From the IMG/VR virus record IMGVR_UViG_3300027770_000026, positions 201,893 through 265,892 of that record: DNA of 64,000 bases; one strand, written 5' to 3'. Position 1 is the stretch's first letter; every line of letters begins with the position of its first letter. Shown piece by piece: positions 57,189 to 64,000 of the stretch. The notes beneath the pieces are model-generated. The model did no database searches and was not told the origin of the DNA. It worked only from the letters and a program-made list of their open reading frames with translations. Both the position numbers and the translations under genes were made by a program.

Positions 57189-57956
57189 TTACTCCATCTG
57201 CATTAATGTTAATGTCACGGTGATAGTTCTAGTTGCTCCACTAAGATTAGTTACAGCAATCGGGATACTTGTAGTTGGCGATGTTTCATTATTAAATCCA
57301 ATTGCTGCAGGTGATACGACTATAGTTTCTGCACCTGTAGTAATCACTTCCGCTATGACTCCTGAATTTGGCGAAGGGTCAACAGTTTGTAAACGCGAAG
57401 CATCAGCAGTTCGAGTAGCTGTAGTAGTGTATAATCGCACCCAGCATGCAGCCGAAGTAGTAATTTTATACAATAGATACGTCTTATACCCGGTAATATT
57501 AGGATTGTTAGTTGCCCCGTTCGCTATACTTGTAGTAGTAACAGACGCAGTTGTTCTTGTACCTGACAAAACACCAGCTGATCCGGCATATCCCGCAGCC
57601 GTACTAGCCGACCCAGTATACCCTGCACCCGTTGATCCGGCATATCCCGCAGCCGTACTAGCTGACCCAGTATACCCTGCACCAACTGAACCAGTAAATC
57701 CTACCGCAACAGATCCAGTATATCCACGAACAGTACTAGCTGAACCAGTGTATCCACCAGATGGACCGCTCGGTCCTGCCGAACCAGTATATCCATTACC
57801 TACTACATCAGTTTGCAGTGCAGTAATTTCTGTTGCTGCTTTATCCAGATTAGCTTTAATAGATAAAAAGTTATCTCTGAATCCCTTAGTATCATTACTT
57901 ACTCCCGCAACCGGGAAAGCAACGTCGATTCCTGATGTATTGATTTCTGAAGTCAT
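57189..57956 (-). CDS. short collagen-like fibre protein
   Basis: GYTGS repeats including a 54-bp duplication; N-terminus paralogous to 58430-59377. Confidence 0.7.
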   Translation of the reverse strand: MTSEINTSGIDVAFPVAGVSNDTKGFRDNFLSIKANLDKAATEITALQTDVVGNGYTGSAGPSGPSGGYTGSASTVRGYTGSVAVGFTGSVGAGYTGSASTAAGYAGSTGAGYTGSASTAAGYAGSAGVLSGTRTTASVTTTSIANGATNNPNITGYKTYLLYKITTSAACWVRLYTTTATRTADASRLQTVDPSPNSGVIAEVITTGAETIVVSPAAIGFNNETSPTTSIPIAVTNLSGATRTITVTLTLMQME

Positions 57957-57975
57957 AAAACTTATCCTTTAATTA

Positions 57976-58428
57976 TTATTTGCCTGGACCAGATCCGCTA
58001 AAGTCATTACCAATTGCAGACGAAGATAGCGCCACAAAACAACTAGCAATAATGGGCGATCCAGTAGAGGATGAACTGATGCTAAGTGTTCCAACTATAA
58101 AGTTATCGCTGATAGCATAAATGGTACTACCCCATTGGCGCGTAGTCGATAGCTGATACCATGTGTCGGCGGCGGCAGAGTTGATTGGATCCAAATAACC
58201 AGACGATAACGCTAACTGTGCCCAGTAATTAGCTGTAGTTCCGCCGCCCGTTTTCCATGTACCGCTTGCACTGCTGAATCCGTTTGTGTACCATGTACCG
58301 CTATTAGTTACATACAGGTATAATGTAGCTGAACGTCTTCCTTCAATTTGATCGGTAATGCCGTCAGCAGGTAAACTAGCACGTAATACGTTGCCAGCAT
58401 TGATGTTTTGTCTAACAGCAAATGTCAT
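57976..58428 (-). CDS. probable structural (fibre-tip-like) protein
   Basis: Ser/Thr/Gly-rich beta protein between fibre genes. Confidence 0.5.
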   Translation of the reverse strand: MTFAVRQNINAGNVLRASLPADGITDQIEGRRSATLYLYVTNSGTWYTNGFSSASGTWKTGGGTTANYWAQLALSSGYLDPINSAAADTWYQLSTTRQWGSTIYAISDNFIVGTLSISSSSTGSPIIASCFVALSSSAIGNDFSGSGPGK

Positions 58429-58429
58429 G

Positions 58430-59377
58430 TTAGCTGAAATTCGTTAGCAAGGTTACATACCACTTGCTGGTAGTTGACAAGTATGTTGCTACCAACAGGT
58501 CAACTGATCCCGTAGTGCCAGTTGTTATAGTTCCATCTATACCATCTGCCCATAACAAACTAGTGGGTAATGCCACTGTGTAGTTAGTGCTGGATGGTCT
58601 GATAATGAACCAGTTGATTGTTTGTCCGTCTGTTGGATTGTTTAGATTAATAGTGGCAATGTTGTGCCCTACGTTTGTATAGAATACATTAGATAACGAA
58701 CAATCTATATTGACTGTTGTGCCCGATGCGGCAAGCACAGCAGGAGTACGTGCAGCACCGTTTGATACTAATGCCGAAGTAGCGGCTGCTGCAGTTAGCG
58801 TAACTGCAACACCTACGCCTGGTGCGAATGCAGCAGCACCTGCATCGGTTATGCTTGCAGTTGTCTCGCGTAATAGCTTGCCTGTTGTATCATCAAATAT
58901 CGCAATACAATTTGCTGTACTAGATGCAGGTCCAACGACATCCCCGCTACTAGCTGCTGCCGAACCTGTATAGCCAACAGCGGTACTCGCTGAACCTGTA
59001 TAGCCGGAACCTGCGCTTCCTGTGTAACCAGGAGTGCCACTTCCAACACCTTCACTTCCTGTATAACCAAGTGGACCTTGTGGTCCCGATGGGCCCTGTG
59101 GTCCACCGGGCGCACCCTGCGACCCAACAAATCCCAAATCTCCTTGTGATCCGTTGAACCCATTGGAACCATTGGTACCAGCTGAACCAACAAATCCGGT
59201 ATCTCCGCGAGATCCAGTAAAGCCTGGATTATCTTGCAAATATGTAATTTCAACAGCAGCAGTATCAAGACCTAGCTTAATAGCAGCCCAGTTGTCATAA
59301 AAGCCAACGCTGCTGTTATCTTCACCTTCGACGGGATAACTTGTGTCAATTGTTGATGTAATAATACTAGACGTCAT
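58430..59377 (-). CDS. short collagen-like fibre protein
   Basis: N-terminal YPV.G.DN.S.GF.DN..IK..L..A..EIT.LQ, G-X-Y tract, beta C-terminal domain. Confidence 0.7.
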   Translation of the reverse strand: MTSSIITSTIDTSYPVEGEDNSSVGFYDNWAAIKLGLDTAAVEITYLQDNPGFTGSRGDTGFVGSAGTNGSNGFNGSQGDLGFVGSQGAPGGPQGPSGPQGPLGYTGSEGVGSGTPGYTGSAGSGYTGSASTAVGYTGSAAASSGDVVGPASSTANCIAIFDDTTGKLLRETTASITDAGAAAFAPGVGVAVTLTAAAATSALVSNGAARTPAVLAASGTTVNIDCSLSNVFYTNVGHNIATINLNNPTDGQTINWFIIRPSSTNYTVALPTSLLWADGIDGTITTGTTGSVDLLVATYLSTTSKWYVTLLTNFS

Positions 59378-59407
59378 TGATATGCTCCAACTATGCAGTA
59401 TTTAGTC

Positions 59408-59437
59408 AAAAAAAAAGCAACCACCGGGGTTGCTTTT
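59408..59437 (-). terminator. rho-independent terminator
   Basis: AAAAGCAACC...GGTTGCTTTT flanked by A/T runs. Confidence 0.7.
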
Positions 59438-59456
59438 ATTTATTTTACTGTATACG

Positions 59457-60017
59457 TTAGTACTCTGTGTCAAAGAAGAATACCTGAAATAATCGTCCGT
59501 TTTCTAAATTGTCCCCAAAGTAATCCAAACTAGCATGGAATAGATCACCACGGTACATGATCAATCGATTGTATATGTTACCTATACGATCGGTCATTTC
59601 CCATTTTGTATAATCGTAGCAGTTGTAGTTGGTATCATCTTGGCGGGATAACGGGCGAGTTCTGCCTGTTACTTTATGTCGATATAATCCCGTACCACTG
59701 CTCAACGGTGCATCTGGGGTCAGATAGCACACAGCAGCCCACGTATTAAAATTATCAGAATGAATCCAAGTACGATCCATTGCAGTTGCAATTTGAAATG
59801 ATCCCGTTAGTCCGTCAATGTCAAACCAATTTGTAATTTTGCCTCCCGCATGTTGTACAAGTTGCTGTATAGTGCTTTTAACACCATCGTTAATGAACGT
59901 TTTAGTACGCGCTCCGGGATAGTTTCCCTTAACATCAAATGGTTGACTTAGCGCGAACGCTCGAACAGCATCAGCGTTACTATAAAAATTATCTACGGTG
60001 ATCGAAGTTACTTGCAT
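59457..60017 (-). CDS. 2OG-Fe(II) oxygenase-like protein
   Basis: HSD, YLTP...SGT, YNRL, FHAS, RLFQVFF. Confidence 0.75.
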   Translation of the reverse strand: MQVTSITVDNFYSNADAVRAFALSQPFDVKGNYPGARTKTFINDGVKSTIQQLVQHAGGKITNWFDIDGLTGSFQIATAMDRTWIHSDNFNTWAAVCYLTPDAPLSSGTGLYRHKVTGRTRPLSRQDDTNYNCYDYTKWEMTDRIGNIYNRLIMYRGDLFHASLDYFGDNLENGRLFQVFFFDTEY

Positions 60018-60071
60018 GCTTTTTCCTCTATTCCTTGTATAATTATATGTTTGAAGAGTGTATCAGACCCT

Positions 60072-61079
60072 TCAGTAGTTTTCCGCATAAAAATCTGATC
60101 GTATAACTTTTCTAAGGTATCGATCTAGTTGTTCGTGAACAATAGTATTGGTAAATTTAGACTCTGCCCAAGCGCGACATGCAGAGGGTTTAATCTGTCC
60201 AATATTATTAACAGCAGTAATAAAGTCACTCCAATCTCTGCAACGATATCCTGTAACACCATGTAGATTGGTATCAGTGAAACCACCCCAGTCACTGGTG
60301 ATAACAGGTGTTCCGCTAAATAACGCTTCAACAACCATATTACCAAAAGGTTCCACATACATAGTGGGCGCAAGTAATGCTTTGGCTCTACTCATTAGTG
60401 CGCGACGTTGGTCTGCATTACACGACCCCACAACACTAACAAAGGGTGGGGCTTGATCTATCCCACAATCTGCAAGATTGCCCGGTCCGGCGATTACTAA
60501 TCTATGTCCAGTATATTCTGCTAACTGTACAGCTAATGCAATTCCTTTGGAACCAATTAATCTTCCAAAGATTAGCAAGTAGTCTTCTTTCTCTGCAGAA
60601 TATTCAAATTCGTCAACTTCAAAACCATTTGGTATTACAGCATCAAACCAAGACGGGTTCATCAGCATGTTCTTATGCCCGTAGTACATGTGCATATGAG
60701 AATAGGAAGTAAACACACGATACGGGGCAAACACGGTATCAACGGCGTAACCAATTGCAGGTTCTACAACCTTAAGTTCGCTGTTAAGTTGCGTAGCACC
60801 AATATTACCAATGCCATAACAGCATATTATAATGTCGTTGGGTTGTTTACGTTGAGCAATTTCTTGGCCTGCAAGAGCATTTGCCTGATCGTAGTTTTCA
60901 AAAGGAATATCCACATGTTCACATTGTGGAGTTGAACCAGGTTGTCCGTAGTGTATCATGCGCCAACCGCAACGTCCCATATACTCGATAAATCTATATA
61001 CCGATACCGAGAATGGGTCTGTCCTGTGATCAAGATTTGTAGGTGTAGCAAAGTTTGGCAATACGTGTAGTGTTGTCAT
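60072..61079 (-). CDS. GT4 glycosyltransferase
   Basis: GRL..SKG, EPFGNMVVEA..SGTPVI. Confidence 0.88.
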   Translation of the reverse strand: MTTLHVLPNFATPTNLDHRTDPFSVSVYRFIEYMGRCGWRMIHYGQPGSTPQCEHVDIPFENYDQANALAGQEIAQRKQPNDIIICCYGIGNIGATQLNSELKVVEPAIGYAVDTVFAPYRVFTSYSHMHMYYGHKNMLMNPSWFDAVIPNGFEVDEFEYSAEKEDYLLIFGRLIGSKGIALAVQLAEYTGHRLVIAGPGNLADCGIDQAPPFVSVVGSCNADQRRALMSRAKALLAPTMYVEPFGNMVVEALFSGTPVITSDWGGFTDTNLHGVTGYRCRDWSDFITAVNNIGQIKPSACRAWAESKFTNTIVHEQLDRYLRKVIRSDFYAENY

Positions 61080-61690
61080 TTAAATTTTGGACCTGTAAGC
61101 CATACAACTAGTGTTCTTCTCTTGCCTGCAGTCACTGGTGTAACTCGATGTAAAGTATAGCTAGGAAATGCGTACAGTAAACCTTGTTGTTTCTTTAATA
61201 CTAACGGCTGATTACCTAGTAATAATTCTAAGTTACCTCCTTCGTATTCGCTAGGATCAGATAACTGTATCACAACAGATAACTTTCTAGGTGCTTGAAC
61301 GGCATTCCCCTTATCCACATGCCAGGTATAGTGACCACATTCGTTGATATCTGTGCTACCTTCATATGTTGTGTATTGCAATTCTTCTGTAAACCCAAAT
61401 AGATCAAATTGAAAAAACTGTCCATTTAGTTCCCGTACAATCCAGCCAATTCTATCGTATATCCATTGCGTATCTGGACCAAGTGTAATCCAGGAAACAT
61501 CAGAGTTTCTAACGGAATGATTTGGCGCACCATTATCGCCTAGTGTACTAGCAGGTTGTAATCTTAAATACCGTTCGCCTAGATCAACAATCTGTTTAAT
61601 TTCTTCTTCGTTGAAAGAACCAGAACGAAATACGTATGTAGCTTCTCTGCATGCTAGGTCGGGGCACGGCGGTAATGCATAGCTGATCAT
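61076..61690 (-). CDS. 2OG-Fe(II) oxygenase (prolyl-4-hydroxylase/PKHD-type)
   Basis: WHVD, RKLS, YEGG, FPSY.LHRVTPV..G.R. Confidence 0.85.
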   Translation of the reverse strand: MISYALPPCPDLACREATYVFRSGSFNEEEIKQIVDLGERYLRLQPASTLGDNGAPNHSVRNSDVSWITLGPDTQWIYDRIGWIVRELNGQFFQFDLFGFTEELQYTTYEGSTDINECGHYTWHVDKGNAVQAPRKLSVVIQLSDPSEYEGGNLELLLGNQPLVLKKQQGLLYAFPSYTLHRVTPVTAGKRRTLVVWLTGPKFK

Positions 61691-62076
61691 TTTTTTGCCT
61701 TTTGCTTTTTTGGTAATACTAATGGAATAGTAATTGATCTTGGATCTTGTCCAGCATCATCGTGCATTCCAATATCAGGCCTGAGATGAATAAATTTGTC
61801 ACCATAAATGTATTGATTGATTATAAGAGTATCTTTTTCTAATGCAACAATTTCGTGAGCATGTTCATGTTCTGCAAAATGAAAAATTGCACCAGCATGC
61901 ACAACATAAGACCAAGCTTTGTTTGGCCCATATATTTCACATGTTCCTCTTAGTACAATAACATTATGTTTATCTTCTTCGCCATGTGTGTGCATGGGAA
62001 TACCGTCACCAGGATTAGGAAAATGATACTGTATGCCTAGCATCGACCCTACTCTGTATATTTTCCAGTTGTACAT
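61687..62076 (-). CDS. cupin-domain protein
   Basis: PMHTH....H, HEIVALE. Confidence 0.7.
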   Translation of the reverse strand: MYNWKIYRVGSMLGIQYHFPNPGDGIPMHTHGEEDKHNVIVLRGTCEIYGPNKAWSYVVHAGAIFHFAEHEHAHEIVALEKDTLIINQYIYGDKFIHLRPDIGMHDDAGQDPRSITIPLVLPKKQKAKK

Positions 62077-62120
62077 ACTTTTAGTTATGTAAGAACGTAA
62101 TACAACTCAAAAATATTAAG

Positions 62121-62714
62121 TTATATTATATTGCATTTACCATCGAGCGGTGCTATCAGATCAGGTGTTAATAGATTTTTCCATTCTTGAGCAGTTTTAC
62201 CGTTGTGTGGTGCAAATTTTTCATAGTTGCCCGGGATAGTAATATAGTGTACTACGGTTTCTGCTATGGTTCTTAGATGTGTTGCCAATTCTAAACATTC
62301 AGAATCTGCCAGACAAGGAGTAACATCTTCTGTTATAGCCCATTTGATTTTGTCGTTGGTTCCAACTCCTAGTATTGATTTAGCTTGATCTTTGCCCTGC
62401 GAAGTAGTGATGTCTAGATCATATATAGGTATTGCTGATTGTGTTATTTTATTTGCTTGAATCCAGGGCGAAGTATCTACAGCACAAATTGGTCCTAGTC
62501 CCATATTAGTCCATTCTTCGGCTAACCAACCAAAACCTGCACCTATTATTAATATAGTATCACCCGGTTGTGGCTGAAGAACATTTTTAAATAGGATATG
62601 CTCGGTCTGATTGAATATTGTAAATCTGTTTTCTCTAGTATATGATCCAAAAATTTTATAAGTTTTACTATAGTATTGTTCATTAAATTCAAATATAGGC
62701 ATGATTAACTCCAA
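62121..62714 (-). CDS. class I SAM-dependent methyltransferase-like protein
   Basis: LIIGAGFG, AVDTS. Confidence 0.55.
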   Translation of the reverse strand: MELIMPIFEFNEQYYSKTYKIFGSYTRENRFTIFNQTEHILFKNVLQPQPGDTILIIGAGFGWLAEEWTNMGLGPICAVDTSPWIQANKITQSAIPIYDLDITTSQGKDQAKSILGVGTNDKIKWAITEDVTPCLADSECLELATHLRTIAETVVHYITIPGNYEKFAPHNGKTAQEWKNLLTPDLIAPLDGKCNII

Positions 62715-63355
62715 GTGAATATGACTAGTCCTGTCCCACCAGGTTGCCCGTTGTTAACACCAGCAGTTGGGGCGGTACCACCATTTCCGCCAGCTCCTCC
62801 GCTAGACGATGGTGTTGTTCCTGGTGGACTAGTTCGTGCAGCTCCACCAGGAGATGTTGGGGCACATAGTCCACCGGTAGTACCAGCATTACCATTAATG
62901 TTAAATCCGCAATCACCACCTGAAGCAGGACTACCTCCCGATCCTCCTGTTCCAGGGAGCCCGTCAGTTCCGAGCAATCCGCCCGGTGCCGCAATTGTAG
63001 TAGGTATAGTAAATGTGCCACTACTAACTGAAGTATTTCCTCCAGGAGTAGATGGACTTGGAAGACTACCTCCGTTTCCTGCAGTACCCACAGAGTAACT
63101 AATATTATTCCCCCAATTTGCAGAAGGAATAGTTAGCGTTTTTCTTACATATGCGCCACTGCCACCTCCACCGCCGGTGTTTACCTGACATCCTTTACTA
63201 AATCTTGTCAATCCTCCACCACCACCACCACCCCATGCTTGCACTTGCACTTGCGCAGCACCAGGCGGAATGCTCACTGTGGTAGTACCACTAGTGAATG
63301 TTTCGGAAAAACCACTAAATGAAATCTTTGCAAACAGCATCTGATGCGCCGACAT
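62705..63355 (-). CDS. glycine-rich tail/adhesin-like protein
   Basis: WGGGGGGG, GGGGGSGAY, VG.AG.GG, G.VI. Confidence 0.75.
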   Translation of the reverse strand: MSAHQMLFAKISFSGFSETFTSGTTTVSIPPGAAQVQVQAWGGGGGGGLTRFSKGCQVNTGGGGGSGAYVRKTLTIPSANWGNNISYSVGTAGNGGSLPSPSTPGGNTSVSSGTFTIPTTIAAPGGLLGTDGLPGTGGSGGSPASGGDCGFNINGNAGTTGGLCAPTSPGGAARTSPPGTTPSSSGGAGGNGGTAPTAGVNNGQPGGTGLVIFTWS

Positions 63356-63356
63356 A

Positions 63357-64000
63357 TTAGGTCAATCCTGCTCCGGATATAACAGCTTCTGTGCCTGAGT
63401 TAAACCATATGGTGCAAATACCACGTTGTGCTAGTGTTCTTGTTGCACCTGTTGTTGATGTTCCTGCTAGATAAGTTGTAGTCGTATTACAAGTAATAGT
63501 AATGTTTCCTGCAGTATTATTGAATATACTAACGATGTCGCCAGAAGCAAATGTACTGTTTGGTACTGTAATAGTACTAGTTGCTACTACCGTCTTACCA
63601 ACATCAGCAGTAGTTAGCGTGGTATTGGATGATGCTGGAACATTTTGTACTCCACGTGATCCGGTGTAACCTTGTGGACCCTGTGCACCAACACTTCCGG
63701 TGTAACCTTGTGGACCCTGTGGTCCAGCTACGGTACTAATCGAACCGGTGTAACCTTGTGGACCCTGTGGTCCAGCTACGGTACTAATCGAACCAGTGTA
63801 ACCTTGTGGACCCTGTGGTCCAGCTACGGTACTAATCGAACCAGTGTATCCCTGTGGACCCTGTGGTCCAGCTACAGTACTAATCGAACCAGTGTAACCT
63901 TGTGGGCCCTGTGGTCCAGCTACGGTACTAATCGAACCAGTGTAACCTTGTGGGCCCTGTGGTCCAGCTACGGTACTAATCGAACCAGTGTATCCCTGTG
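63357..64000 (-). CDS. collagen-like fibre protein, 5'-truncated by window edge
   Basis: Repeats of [16 protein letters not shown] followed by a domain ending [11 protein letters not shown]...ISGAGLT-stop. Confidence 0.75.
   Translation of the reverse strand, partial: QGYTGSISTVAGPQGPQGYTGSISTVAGPQGPQGYTGSISTVAGPQGPQGYTGSISTVAGPQGPQGYTGSISTVAGPQGPQGYTGSISTVAGPQGPQGYTGSVGAQGPQGYTGSRGVQNVPASSNTTLTTADVGKTVVATSTITVPNSTFASGDIVSIFNNTAGNITITCNTTTTYLAGTSTTGATRTLAQRGICTIWFNSGTEAVISGAGLT
63700..64000 (-). repeat. 48-bp coding tandem repeat, at least 6 copies
   Basis: GGTCCAGCTA recurs at 63721, 63769, 63817, 63865, 63913, 63961. Confidence 0.9.

Noticed and set aside
57220-57972. 250-aa plus-strand ORF with DPVYP repeats
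   Set aside because: Antisense of the GYTGS repeats of the fibre gene.
1-64000. Stop-codon reassignment
   Set aside because: Coding density is high under the standard code, and TAA, TAG and TGA all end clear genes.

Overview
A 64 kb segment of a large T4-superfamily-like (probably jumbo) myophage genome, in the standard genetic code. It carries gp47/gp46 recombination nuclease genes, a head module (portal gp20, prohead protease gp21, scaffold gp22, major capsid gp23), a tape-measure-like gene, collagen-like fibre genes, and replication genes (family B polymerase, sliding clamp, ligase, RNase H, ThyX). It also has a 7-deazaguanine cluster (TGT/DpdA-like, FolE, QueE, two QueD-like) interleaved with a glycosyltransferase and a full dTDP-rhamnose pathway (rmlBACD), plus a heme oxygenase / ferredoxin-dependent bilin reductase (PcyX/PcyA-like) pair. 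The most striking observation is a 2605-aa fibre-like protein (19836-27653). It contains ten tandem ~150-170-aa repeats, alternating between two types, each with a C-x-R-D-x-[GQ] motif whose context resembles the bilin-attachment helix of phycobiliproteins. Both this gene and the bilin-synthesis genes lie behind late-type TAA[AG]TA motifs, which suggests a phage that makes its own bilin and loads it on a virion protein (a pigmented virion; hypothesis). Other notable items are a ~500-nt highly structured minus-strand non-coding region (candidate large ncRNA), a likely -1 frameshift in a tail-chaperone-like gene, and a kinase and a metallopeptidase with T4-style capsid-targeting N-termini. All calls come from motif recognition by eye; no searches were run.
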